Shown here: positions 9,781-22,195 of the stretch, in pieces
How the letters are laid out: each line of letters opens with the position of its first letter
Numbering within the stretch: the stretch's first letter is position 1
Assembly (NCBI GenBank): GCA_963676915.2
Contig: CAXXVK010000060.1
Span: 1-64,000 of the forward strand
Origin: Myxococcota bacterium
GTDB taxonomy: Bacteria; Myxococcota_A; SURF-8; G963663525
Direction: 5' to 3'
DNA: 64,000 nucleotides
The notes under the pieces: generated by a model
Told to the model about the DNA's origin: nothing
Databases searched by the model: none
Seen by the model: only the letters and a program-made list of their open reading frames with translations
Translations under genes and position numbers: made by a program

Positions 9781-9922
9781 CAAATCTCCTTTGCATAGGC
9801 AACTCATTGCGTGCAAGGTTTCCACGGTAACCCCTCTTCTGTCAAGCAAATACCTCTTATATTGAGGCACGACGAAGCGCATCCTCGGAAATCATAAAGA
9901 AAGGCCGTTGCCAAGGTAGAAA

Positions 9923-12900
9923 CTACAAGCAGGTTCCCATCAGGCACGTGCCGCTACAGCATTCGTCCACGCCTTCGATGCAGCGGCTGTTGGTCGGCAG
10001 GCAACTGGAACCATTCTCCTGTAAATCGTAATCCCCACCCTGGCGGATGGTGATGCATTGGTAGCCGGTAGCAGCTCCGCAGTATTCGTCGGGATTGCAG
10101 ATCGGGCATTGCACGTCGATGCAGCGGCCTTCGCTACACACTTGGTTGTCGCCACAGACCGGATCGCAGCACGTTCCGCAGTACCAGAACGATCCGTTGT
10201 CGAGGAAGCCCAGGTTGCAGCAACGGTTTCGGCCACAGGTATCGGGACACATTTCGCAGCGTCCGTTGTTCGGATTGCAAACGCTTCCCGCCAGATGATC
10301 GCAGCCGGTTTCGTTGCACCATGCGATGCATTCTCCCGCCTCGCATACGAAATTCTCAGGACATTCCGAGCTGTTGCGGCACATCGTAGCCAGTTCGCTT
10401 TCGTCGTCGTCGTCGCCATCCACCGTAACGTCTTCTTCGGCTTCCACGGTTTCGATCTCTACATCTTCCGACTCGTCGGTTTCCGTTTCTTCGAAAGCTT
10501 CTTCGTCGAGGTCGCCATCCGGCTCGATATCGTCATCGCCATCCGAAAGCGGTTTCAAACCCGGCGGTGCCCAGCTTCCGCCAATGACTTCACCCGTCTG
10601 CGGATCACGCACCGGCAGGCAGATCAATGGAACTTCCAGGGGGTCGCCGTCGAAATTGCCCATTTCTTCAAGCGTTACCATCTGATGATCGGTAGCACAG
10701 GTTTCCACACAGATATCCTCGCTCACCATCGACATGAATTTCTCAACGCATTGATATCCCTCACGGGATTCACAGGCTAGTTGCTCCTCTTCGGTCGTGC
10801 AGGGATCGGGATTTTCCTCCAGGCAATAAGGCGAAGCAAATTCCGCCTCTTCATGATATGCTTCGGCAAAATCGTAATTCACGCACGGACGTTGGTTGCT
10901 TCCCGGATCGCAGACGTCTACCGCACAGGACCAAGCGCAGAACGGCACATCCCGCGTGACCCACTCGGCGTCGTAGCCCACGAAAGACAGCATCATGGCG
11001 TACTCGGTAAAGAGCAGGCGAAGATCATCCCACAGGTCGACTTCCTGTACGCAGCGGTCACCGGTTCCCGCGTCGATGCAATCCTGGTCGCTTCGGCACT
11101 CGCGGGAATCGCATTGCACCGAGAGATTGAACGAGCCGTCCAAGCCTCTTGGAGTGTCTACAACGATGAAATAGGTCTGATCCGATTGAGCAAGGAAATT
11201 CAATTGGTTGGACCCGGAGGCAAGACAGCCGAGCGGGTTGCAGCTATCGAGCAGGAACAGGCCGAAATCGCCCGAATCGGCCTCAAGAGTGATATTTACG
11301 GGGCAGTTTTCACACAGATGAGGCGCTGTGAAGGCAACCACCACTTCGTTCCCCCCGAAAGGTTGATCTACGCAGCGGTAGTAATCGAGCTTCGAGCGTC
11401 CGTCCGTGGCGGTGTTGGCCGATAAAATTTCTCCGCAGGTGATGGCGAAATCCGCCTGGCAATCTTCGAACCAGCAGGAGGTATCTAGAATCACGCCCCG
11501 TCTCGACAAGCGATGCAGGGAATAGCCTTGTTGTTTGCAATCGAAGGGATTCGACGACAGATTGAGCATGTCTCCCATGGCCAGACCATAGTTTTCCGCC
11601 AAGGGATAAAGGTCGTAAATCTGGTTGCCGCGCAGATTCAGCGATTCCAAGGCGGGCAATTGTTCCAAGACCGTGATATCGCCGAGCTTGTTTCCACCCA
11701 GGTTGAGAAATGCCAGCGCGTCGAGGTTTTGCAATGCGGTAACATCGGAAATCCCGTTGGTGGAGAGGTCCAGATGGGTCAGTCCTACGAGACTGCTCAA
11801 CGGCGAGATGTCGGTGACATTGGAGTTCGACAGATACAGCATGGTCAGCGTGGTCAATCCCGACAGCGGCGCTAGATCCTCCACCTGCGTGGACCCCCAG
11901 GTTGAGGAAGTCGAGTTGGGTGGATCCCTGTAAAAACGCGAGGTTGGTTAGCGGATTGTTACCGAGATCCAAACGTACAAGCCCGGTAAGCGTCGAGAGA
12001 TCCGAGGCATCGGCGATCTCATTGCCACGCAGGTACAACGAATGCAACCGGGTCATCTCGCTTAACACGGACACATCGGTCACAGGGTTGTAGCTCAGGT
12101 CGAGATACTCCAGCCCGGAGATGTCGGTCAACGGGGAAATGTTGGCTACTCGGTTTCCATAAAGCGTCAAACCTTTGAGGTCCGGCATGAAACTCAACAC
12201 CTCGATGTCCTCGATATGATTGCTGTTTGCGGACAGCCATTCGAGGGAAACCATGGTCGCGAGGGCGTCGAGGTTCACGATTTCGTTGAACGAAAGATAC
12301 AAATGCGTCAGGTTGACGAGTCCGGTGATGGGTTCGAGGTCGGTCAGGCGGTTCCTCGAAACATCCAGCAGACCGAGGTTCGTCAGCCCGGCAATGGGCG
12401 CCAGGTTTTCGATCTGGTTGAAATAGAGGTTCAGTTCCTGCAACCCGGTCAGGCATTCCATACCGACGAGATAGTGGATGCTTCGGTTTTCGGCGGTCAG
12501 CGTAGAAATCTCCGCGAGGTCGGTGGCCATCAACGGACCTTCGGGCTGCTCCAATCTCTCCCGAACCACGACCTCCAGGTTGGCATCGGCGAATCTTACC
12601 TCGTCCACGCAATCCTGTGCCACGTAGCTTTCCTGACAGACACCCCACCAGCACTGACCTTCGACAAACGTTGCTTCCGCTTCTTCTTCCTCGTCGCCAT
12701 CGACACTCGCAAGCACCGTGCAAAATTCCCCGTTGGGTAACTCGGTGTATTGGCAATCGCCCTTTCCGCCGCAGAAATCTTCGGTACAGGAGTTGCCGTC
12801 GTCGCAATCCACGTCTTCATGCGAGCAGATGCCGTCCAGGCAGATGTCGTCGGTGCAGGGGTCGAGGTCCGTTTGGCATATCGTACCATCAGGAGCCGGA

Positions 12901-15900
12901 TCGTGTTCGCAACCTCCGGAGTAGCAGGCATCCGTCGTACAGAGATTGCCATCGTCGTCGCAGGGCGTGCCTTCCGGAGCGTCGTAGGTATCGCAATATC
13001 CCTGAGTGCACAGACCGACCATGCAAGGATCATTGGGGTAGGCGCAAACGGTATCATCGGCCAGCGAATCATGCGTGCAAATGCCACTGAAACATTGGTC
13101 GAGCGTGCAGGGGTTGTCATCGTCAGTACATGATGTTTCGTCGGCGACTTCATTGTTGGAGCAATTGCCCGTACCGTCGCAGACATCCTCGGTACAGTCG
13201 TTTTCATCATCGCAGCTATAGGCTTCTCCCGCGCAAATCCCTTGCTGGCAGGTATCCACTGATGTACAGGGATCACCGTCATCGCAAGGATCTTCCTCCG
13301 CATAGCAGACGCCATCGACGAGGCATCCTCCACTTGCAGCAAGATCGTGATGACAATGATACGGCGAGGAGGTATCGTAGCGCAGCACCATGCCTTCTTC
13401 GATCATAACCTGTTCATCGCAGGCATATTGGACGAACTGGCTATAATCGTTCGTAGACACCATGCCGATCACCGCAGTATTCAGCCCTTGGTACGAATCG
13501 AGGTCTTTGTACCGGAATTCTATCCGACCGTCAGCATACAGGGCCGCTTGCATTGTGAGTGGGTGATAATATGAGTAGTAATATTTGAAGTTTGTCCACT
13601 GCACGATCAGTCGGCGCTCGTCACCTTCTCCCGTGATTGCATAGTATAACTTGCTTGCGGACTCGTTATACAACTCCGCCCAGTATGGTGCGATGAAATC
13701 CAAGTAACGATGATCTTCCAAGCAATGGTACGAGGAAGAGTAATAGTAATCTTCCGGTTCAAAATCCAAAGAGAAAAGCAGTACGCCGTCGGTGCCGATA
13801 TAGACTTCGTGCTTGATTTCGCCATCGTAGAACGGAAAATCGAAGTCCAGTTGCACCGGGCCACCGACTTTCAATTCGTTGCCGGATTCATCCAGTCCGA
13901 AATGCAGTTCAATTCCCGTTTCGCGAATATCTTCGAATTCACCCTCCACCCGAACGAAGGCGTTGGAATCCAAACAGGTATCGTCCGTGCAGAACAGTCC
14001 GTCGTTGCAGTCCGTCGGCGCTTGTCCCACGCAGATTCCATTCACGCAGGCATCGTTCGTGGTGCAGGCTATGCCGTCGTTGCAGTCCAGGCTTTCGGTG
14101 ACGGCTTCCTCTTCGCAAACACCGGAAAGGCATACCCCCGCCGTGCAAGGATTATCGTCGCTTTCGCAATCGATACCGTCTTCGGCGACACCCGTTGTTT
14201 GTTGTCCTTCGAGACAGACGTAGGTTATACAGGCGTCCATTTCCTGGTACGTCGTGCCATCTTCCACCGGGGTATTGTCGCAGACTCCCGTCTCCGGGTT
14301 GCAGGTATCTTCGGTGCAGGAGTTGTCGTCGTTGCAGTCGCGCAGTGTGCAAACATCTTCCAACGTGATTTCAAGAGCATACGCGCCCTGACTGGCCGAG
14401 AGATCGGCAAAAACGCTGCTGGTATAATCCCAACCGTAGTATGACAACTCAGCCATAGCCCCAAAGAAACCATACCCGGTTTCCGAAGTTTCTGCCCATC
14501 GTACGATAGCCGCCGAATCGGTGAAATCGATTTCTCCGCCCAGACCGTCCACAATGACGACATATGATCCTGCCTCCAGATCGAATTTAACCGGGACTGT
14601 GGTTACCCCTTCGGATAGTGTTAACCAATAAAGAAAATCAAAACCGGCATTGACCGAAGGCATGGCGTAGTACATGCAACCGTAATTTTCATCCAAAACG
14701 GTTGTGGCTTGAGCACAGGCTCTTTCTTCATCGTCACCCAGTTTGAGCAAGGCAACGCTGAAATGCCCTTCGTGTTCCGGTAATAACAGGCTCACAGCCT
14801 GCGGTTTGTCCAGATCGAAACGGTAATACACATCCGGCGCACCGGGAAGGAAAGAGCAGTTCGCATACTTGTCTTCGAAGTTGCGGGTATCGCCCTCGAC
14901 TCGTAACGTTTCGCCTTCGACCGGTTCCAGCAGAATCGGGTTGGCGCAGGTATCGCCGAGCAGACCGGACTGTTCGCATTCCAATGTGACCGTGTACGGA
15001 GCGACGTAAGGTTCTTCCTCTTCCTGCTCTTCAAACTCGGCTTCCGCTTCTTGCTCCTCTTCCTGTTCGTCTTCCGCTTCCAGATCCCCATCGACTGCCG
15101 AAGATGTTACCACCACGGCCTGACCGCCGTATTCGTCGCCGCCGGTTATCAGACCTCCGGCGGGACTTTCGACCACGAGGCAATAGACATCGCCGTATTC
15201 CACAGACATTTCAAACGTAAATCCATTGGCTACGGGATGGCAACGATACGGGTTGCAATCTTCCAGTATCATCGCCGTGTACCCTTCCAACTCCGGCAGA
15301 TGTTCAAACGTGAACGTAGCCGTTCCGTTGTCCTGAACCTTGTAGCGGTAGACCATCTCCGGCCCGTGGTATTCTTCGAGATCGCAGCCGTAGGTCGCCC
15401 ACAGGTTTTGTCCGTCTATCCAGGGATCGTGAAAATCGATCACTTCGCCGCAGGACAGGTCGTAGTAATAACTGTCTTCGCGTTCGTACGTCTCGCAGGT
15501 CAAAGTCAGTTTCGCGCCACGGGCGTACAGTTCGTTGATCTCCAAACGTTGCCCATCACAATCGAAAGAGTTGGAAGAGAGGTCAAGCGCCACGCCGGGA
15601 CCGAATTCCTCATTGTTGAGAAGGGGAGCAAGATCCTCGATACGATTAAAAGAAAGCCCGATGGTCTGCAGGTTCAGCATATTGGACAAGGCAGAGAGAT
15701 CCGCTATCGAATTGTACGGCAGTTGCAGGGTTTCGAGTTTCGTCAATCCCACCAGCGGGCTGATATCGCACACAGTACCAAGCTGTAGATAGAAAGATTC
15801 CCCCATGTTACGAAGCCATTTGCTGACCAACAGCGTTTTCAAACTCTCCAGCCCGGCGAGAGGATAGAGATCGTTCACGCCGGTATTGTCCAGCATCAGA

Positions 15901-18900
15901 GATTCCAGGTTTTCCAACCCGGCCAGCGGCACGAGGTCGTTTACCCATATCTGATACGACAAGTTCAGGTGTTTCAGTTTCGTAAGTGTCTGTAACGGTG
16001 TTAGATCCTTGATGAACAGGCTCGGATCGAGCATATCCATTTCTTCGGATTCCAAATAATAAAGAGTGGAATACAGATTTTCCGAATAGAAATAGGGTAG
16101 ATCGAGCGTCTCCAGATTGGTGAGACATTCGAGACCACCCAGATGGGTGATCGTAACACTGGGAAATCCCGGAGACGTCAGCGCGGTGATGTGTTCCACA
16201 TCGCTGGATAACAGATCGCGGTTGTAGACATTCGCCTGTTCCCGCACGAGGTTTTCCAGTGCGGAATCCATGAACACGATCTGTGATGTGCAGTCCTGTA
16301 ACTCGTACGGCTCGACCGCTTGGGTAGGATTGCAAACGCCATTCTCACACACGCCAAGCCGGTAGCCGGTATCTTCCGTAGCGCAATAGCCCCCCTCGTT
16401 GGAAGGCACAGACTCGCATTCGCCCTCTACACAGTGTGAATACAGGCAATTGATATTCCCTTGGGTTCCAAGTTGGGCGTCGCAGTCGATGTAGTCTCCT
16501 TCGCAATATCCATATTGGCATCGATCGTTGATCGTGCACGGATAACCATCGTCGCAGGCAACGCCGTCGGCCACGTCATCATAATAGCAGCTCCCATCCT
16601 CGCAATAATCAAACGTACATGGGTCATCATCGTCGCAATCCCACCTTTCGTATTCACAGGTTCCCGTTTCGGTGTTGCAGGTATCGGTGGTGCAGTCGTC
16701 GCCGTCATTGCAGTTCGAATCGTCACGGCATCCCGTAACGCAAGCGCATTCCTGGCAGGTACCGTCGATCTCGTTGCCGCAGGGTTCGTCATTGTCAACA
16801 CAGTCGAACGAGCAACCATCCAGCCCACAGGTATCCACGGTACAGGGGTTGCCGTCATTGCAATTGTAATCTGCGGGATTGTGCGTGATTTCACCGAGAT
16901 TGTCGGTAAGATCTTCACCCTCATTGCAATCGTCCCAGGTGCAGTCCACACCATCGGAGACATCCGGCTCCGCACCCTGATAACAAGATCCAGAACCATA
17001 AAACCCGTACACGCTGAAATTCTGTGACGTTTTGCAATATTCCACGCCATTGCAATACAAACCATCCTGGCAGGATTCGTCGTCGCCGACCAGGAACACT
17101 TTGTCCGTTTCTTCGTCGCATTCGAGTTTCGCGCAGCCTGATACGCTGTAAAACGGATGTGTCGGAGGTTGTCCCGGCTGGCAACCTATGGAAATATCAC
17201 AGATTTCCACACCGTTGCAGAACTGACCGTCAGAGCAGGTGGCGTTGTTGGGCCGATGGTAGCAAACTCCTTGTTCGCAGGAATCCACGGTACATTCCCA
17301 ATCGTCGGTACAATCGGAATCGAGGCAACACTCCCCGGTGGTGCAGACGCCGTTTTCCATCCACGCACACTCGTTGCAGGCGCACTCGCCGTACGGCTCG
17401 AGACAGCTACCCGCCCCGCAGTCCATCGACGTTCCCGCCGTGCACTGATGATCCACACACAATTCCCAGCCGTTGCAGGCGATTCCATCCTGACAGTTTT
17501 CGTCCGCGTAGCAGCCTTCGACCGTCTCGATACGCAGCAGGTACGAAGACCCGGCATCGACGGGTATACCCGTGATTCGGATGTAATAGGTTCCCGCATT
17601 GGCAGGATAATACAGGACCGAGAAGCCATCCTCGCCGCCGTCGTCGTTGCGGGCCAATAACAGGGTTTCGGCATCGGACGCATAGATTTCGATCTGCGTG
17701 TCCGTCAATCCGCCTTCCCAGGATATCGTCGTGATTTTCAACAGTTGTTCCAGGCTTCGTGCCCGTGAATTGTAGTCCAGTCTGAACCAGTCTTCATCGG
17801 CGGAGGTGTCGATCGAAGCTTTGATATTCGCCGGAAGGTTTTGCACCGTGGACGCCTGCTCTCTGGTGTCGTTCTGCGCAGCTTCGGGTTCTGCGCAAAG
17901 AAATTCCGCTTCGTTGTACACGTACGGTTCTTCGCAACCGCATTCGTAGGTTCCGAGACTGATCGGCGAACAGGTCATATGCTCGCCGGTGCAAGGCGTG
18001 GGATCGCAAGGACTGGCGCAAGCGGGCGGGTCGCTATCGGGAACCGGGAAATAGTCGTTTTCACACTGACAGCTTCCATCCGTCTCCGTGCAGGAAGCGT
18101 GGTCACCGCAAGCCACCGCCTGACCACCACAGTTGCCTTCTCCGTCGCAGACATCGCTGAAAGTACAGTTCAGTTCGTCGTCACAGGAGGTTTCCTCCCC
18201 TGGATAACTTTCGTCACAAGCGTCCGTGCCGTTGCAAGCCCGCTGAATTCCACAGGTTTCGGCGTCGTTCTCACAGACGATCTCCGTACCGCCGCAGTTG
18301 CCGGAACCGTCACAGACATCGCTATAGGTGCAGGCGTTTGCGTCGTCACAGGAGGTTTCCGTACCCGGATAGCTTTCCTCGCAAGCGTCGGTGCCGTTGC
18401 AAGACCGCTGAATTCCACAGGTTTCGGCGTCATTCTCGCAAATGATTTCCGTGCCGCCACAGCCGCCGGAACCGTCGCAGACATCGCTATAGGTACAGGC
18501 GTTTGCGTCGTCGCAGGAGGTTTCCTCCCCTGGATAACTTTCGTCACAAGCGTCCGTGCCGTTGCAAGCCCGCTGAATTCCACAGGTTTCGGCATCGTTC
18601 TCGCAAATGATTTCCGTGCCGCCACAGCCGCCGGAACCGTCGCAAACATCGCTATAGGTACAGGCGTTTGCGTCGTCGCAGGAGGTCTCCTCCCCCGGAT
18701 AGCTTTCCTCGCAAGCGTCGGTACCGTTGCAAGCCCGCTGAATTCCACAGGTTTCGGCATCGTTCTCGCAAATGATTTCCGTGCCGCCACAGCCGCCGGA
18801 ACCGTCGCAAACATCGCTATAGGTACAGGCGTTTGCGTCGTCGCAGGAGGTCTCCTCCCCCGGATAGCTTTCCTCGCAAGCGTCGGTACCGTTGCAAGAC

Positions 18901-20813
18901 CGCTGAATTCCACAGGTTTCGGCGGCGTTCTCGCAAACGATCTCCGTACCGCCACAGTTGCCGGAACCGTTGCAGACATCACTATAGGTGCAGGCGTTTA
19001 CGTCGTCGCAGGAGGTTTCCTCCCCCGGATAGCTTTCCTCACAAGCGTCGGTGCCGTTGCAAGCCCGCTGAATTCCACAAGTTTCGGCGTCGTTCTCGCA
19101 GACGATCTCCGTACCACCGCAATTGCCGGAACCGTCGCAAACATCGCTATAGGTACAAGCGTTTGCGTCGTCGCAGGAGGTTTCCTCCCCTGGATAGCTT
19201 TCCTCACAAGCGTCGGTGCCGTTGCAAGACCGCTGAATTCCACAAGTTTCGGCGTCGTTCTCGCAGACAATTTCTATGCCGCCGCAGCCACCGGAACCGT
19301 TGCAATCGTCGTTGTAGGTGCAAGGATTTCCATCGTCACAAGACGTTTCCGTTGTCGGATACCTCTCCGTGCAGGTGTCCGTACCGTTGCAACTACGCTG
19401 AATTCCACAGGTTTCCTCGTCGTTTTCACAGACGATCTCCGTACCTTTGCATTCATGCGCATCATTGCAGGCATCGCCGTAAGTGCAAGGGTCGTTGTCC
19501 GAGCAATACCCGCCTGTCGATACCCAGCTTCCGCCGTTGCAACAGACTTCCGATTGACATTCCTTGGTTTCCTCCACGATAGGTATCGTTACCTGCTCGT
19601 GACCGCCAACTCTGCCGTTTTCGGTCGTCAGGGCGAATTCGAACGTGTAGGATTTGTCCGGGATGCCATCCACCTTGGCCAATGAACCTGTCACCGCGAC
19701 GTGGGGCGGTGTCGTTTCGTTGATCCGCGCCGGAATTTCGTAATGATTCTCTGCACCTTCCACGTGCATCAGCACGCTTTTGATCGTTGATTCCCCTGTG
19801 TACTTGTAGAAAAGCAGGATTTTGTAATCCGCTCCCAGATGGAGGGTATCCGGGGCGGAAACGGACAAAATCTGCGGGGCTGTGGCTTCATCCGTCGTTC
19901 CGGCGGGTGGCTCTCCGGTGACTTCCTCCGCCTCGTCGGGACTGACGGACTCATGCAGAACCTTGTTGACAAAACTATCCGAACCCTCGCATACACCGTT
20001 CTGACACTCTCCCGTTCCTATATCCAAACCGCTGCTGCATTCGGTTCCATCGGCCACAGCGGTCCACTCGCTCGTGGACTCGTCGGGGAGGCAGCTCAGG
20101 CAATCGTTGTCGGGCTGTTTCGTATCTTCCTCGTAACAGGTTTCTTCGATCAGGCAATAGCCGTCCGACAACGTAGCCTCGCAAGTGTGCTCTCCATTGC
20201 AGAGGTCTTGCGTACACGCGTAGTCATCTTCTTCCAGGCAGATATCCTCTGCGTCGACCCACAATCCGCCGTTGCAGCACGGTCCCGTCGGACAATCCGG
20301 CTCTTCCTCTTCGTCGGGAACGGTCAACTCCCGCTGTTTGTACAGACCCGTCACACCGTCTTTATTCTGCAAAGCATATTCGAGTTGAAAGGTGCCTCCC
20401 AAGAGTTGAATATCTTCATTCAGCACACCGTTCAACGTCATTTTCCACCCGCCTTCGAGCGGTGTCAGCGGAGCATCGACCACAAGGTGTTTCGTCGAGC
20501 CGATCACGTGCACGATGGCTTTATCCAACTCCTCCGGTTTGTCGTAGTTCGTTTTCAGACGAACGGTGAACGCGACACCGGGGTGGATTTTAGCGGGTGC
20601 GGTTACGCTGTCGATCTGTGGGGCCTGTGCCGAATCGCTCGCCTCCGGCTTGTCGGAATCGACCAGCGAACCGCCTGAAAAATCGAGTGATTCCGTAAGA
20701 CGGTTGGCCAGAGCATTGGCGATTTTCTCGGCATTCGAACCACTTTTGGAGCAGGAAAAAGAAAACTGCGCGAAAACCAGGAACGTTAGTATCAAAAAAA
20801 TTCGAACATACAT
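9923..20813 (-). CDS. Giant Cys-rich surface lipoprotein (~3629 aa if joined) with LRR, NIDO-like, PPC-like and CDDGNxCT-type repeats; split by a +1 G at 11894-11898
   Basis: ORF 11310..20813 (signal peptide ending FSFSC) reads as LRR until ..LDFLNLG. Removing one G from the G5 run gives LGSTQVEDLAPLSGLTTL, which continues the LRR register into ORF 9923..11884. Confidence 0.85.
18130..19505 (-). repeat. Intragenic tandem repeat, 8 x 165 bp (55 aa, 7 Cys per unit)
   Basis: Anchor CGCTGAATTCCACA recurs at 18241, 18406, 18571, 18736, 18901, 19066, 19231 and 19396 (exact 165-bp period). Unit: CDDANACTYSDVCDGSGxCGGTEIxCENDAETCGIQRxCNGTDACEESYPGEETS. Confidence 0.95.
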
Positions 20814-20860
20814 ATCTGCCCCTTCAATTTCTGAAATTAAATAGTGAATTTTATGTATGA

Positions 20861-20888
20861 ACTATATCACCGCTTCTCTTCGGAACAA
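20861..20888 (-). promoter_or_regulatory. Putative sigma70 promoter (extended -10) of the giant lipoprotein gene
   Basis: Minus strand TTGTTC-16 nt-TATAGT with TG one base upstream of the -10. Confidence 0.45.
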
Positions 20889-20977
20889 GCCTTTTCTGCG
20901 GCTTGAAAAGGGATACCAAAAAATATAGCGACCAAAGAAATTCTTGCTTCCGAAGCCGTCTTTAGCTTGCCTGCGCA

Positions 20978-21077
20978 CCAATCCCCTTTTTTCAGCGGAC
21001 GTACGCCTCGCCGCTACTACCTAAAATGAAAGCTTCAGCATTATCGGGTCAATTTGATACATTTTGTGATGTACTCC
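20978..21077. repeat. Degenerate right half of the TIR-flanked REP element seen at 48070-48272
   Basis: CCAATCCCCTTTT..CAGCGGACGTACGCCTCGCCGCTAC..ATGAA..CATTTTGTGATGTACTCC aligns by eye to 48172-48272. Confidence 0.75.
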
Positions 21078-21181
21078 AAGATAAAAACTTCGTTCCTCCA
21101 AAGTTGAGAGATCCTTGAAAATGGTGTATGAGTAATGACTCACATACTGGAATGACAAACCGAAACGAATTGGAGGAACCC

Positions 21182-22195
21182 ATGGCTGTCACCCACTACA
21201 ATGTCGCGGTAGTCGGCGCTACCGGGGCGGTGGGCCGCACGATGCTCGATATTCTGGAAACCCGACGTTTTCCCATCGCCGAAATAAAGGCGTTGGCCTC
21301 GGCGCGTTCCGCCGGAAAAAAGGTGCTTTTTGCCGGGTCGATACTCGACGTGCAGGAAACCACGCCGGAAGCGTTCGAAGGTATCGATATTGCTCTGTTT
21401 TCGGCGGGAGCTTCCGTCTCGAAAAAATTCGCTCCCATCGCCGCCGAAGCCGGTGCGGTGGTGATCGACAACACCAGCCAATTCCGTCGCGATGACGACA
21501 TCCCGCTCGTCGTGCCCGAAGTCAACCGCGCCGATATTTTCAAGCATAACGGTATCATTGCCAATCCCAACTGTTCGACGATTCAGATGCTGGTGGCTTT
21601 GGACCCGATTCGCAAAGCAGCGGGAATCGAACGGCTGGTGATTTCCACCTATCAGGCCGTATCGGGAGCCGGTGCGAGCGCTATGGAAGAAGCTCGCCTG
21701 CAATGTCAAGCGACGATCGAAGGCAAAACCGTCCAGCCCAGCATTTTCCCCCATCCGATCGCTTTCAACGTTCTGCCTCACATCGATGTGTTCCAGGACA
21801 ACGGATACACCAAGGAAGAAATGAAAATGGTCTGGGAGACGCGCAAGATTTTCGGAGAACCGAACCTGCGCGTAAGTGCCACCTGCGTCCGCGTTCCCGT
21901 TTTGACCGGACATTCCGAGGCGGTCAACGTCGAGACGCGGGACAAAATCGAAGCGTCCAAGGTTCGAGAATTATTGGAGAAAACGCCCGGCGTTACGGTG
22001 GTTGACGACCCGGCGAATCTCCAATATCCGATGCCGATGAATGCTGCCGGTACCGATCCGGTGTACGTGGGCAGGATTCGCGAGGATCTGAGCCACGATA
22101 AAGCCCTGAATCTGTGGATCGTTTCCGACAACCTTCGTAAAGGCGCGGCGCTAAACGCCGTGCAAATCGCCGAGGAGTGGATCAAAGGTGAATGA
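21182..22195 (+). CDS. asd: Aspartate-semialdehyde dehydrogenase
   Basis: VVGATGAVG, IANPNCSTIQ, STYQAVSGAG, TCVRVPV..GHSE, DNLRKGAALNAVQIAE; GGAGGA RBS before ATG 21182. Confidence 0.97.
   Translation: MAVTHYNVAVVGATGAVGRTMLDILETRRFPIAEIKALASARSAGKKVLFAGSILDVQETTPEAFEGIDIALFSAGASVSKKFAPIAAEAGAVVIDNTSQFRRDDDIPLVVPEVNRADIFKHNGIIANPNCSTIQMLVALDPIRKAAGIERLVISTYQAVSGAGASAMEEARLQCQATIEGKTVQPSIFPHPIAFNVLPHIDVFQDNGYTKEEMKMVWETRKIFGEPNLRVSATCVRVPVLTGHSEAVNVETRDKIEASKVRELLEKTPGVTVVDDPANLQYPMPMNAAGTDPVYVGRIREDLSHDKALNLWIVSDNLRKGAALNAVQIAEEWIKGE

Noticed and set aside
11310-11893. Arg-rich C-terminal 195 aa of the 3167-aa ORF as a real domain
   Set aside because: It is the out-of-frame read-through after the G5 indel; the other frame continues the LRR pattern.
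18130-19505. Regular repeat array as a CRISPR
   Set aside because: Units are 165 bp, in frame, with no unique spacers and no cas genes; it is a coding tandem repeat.
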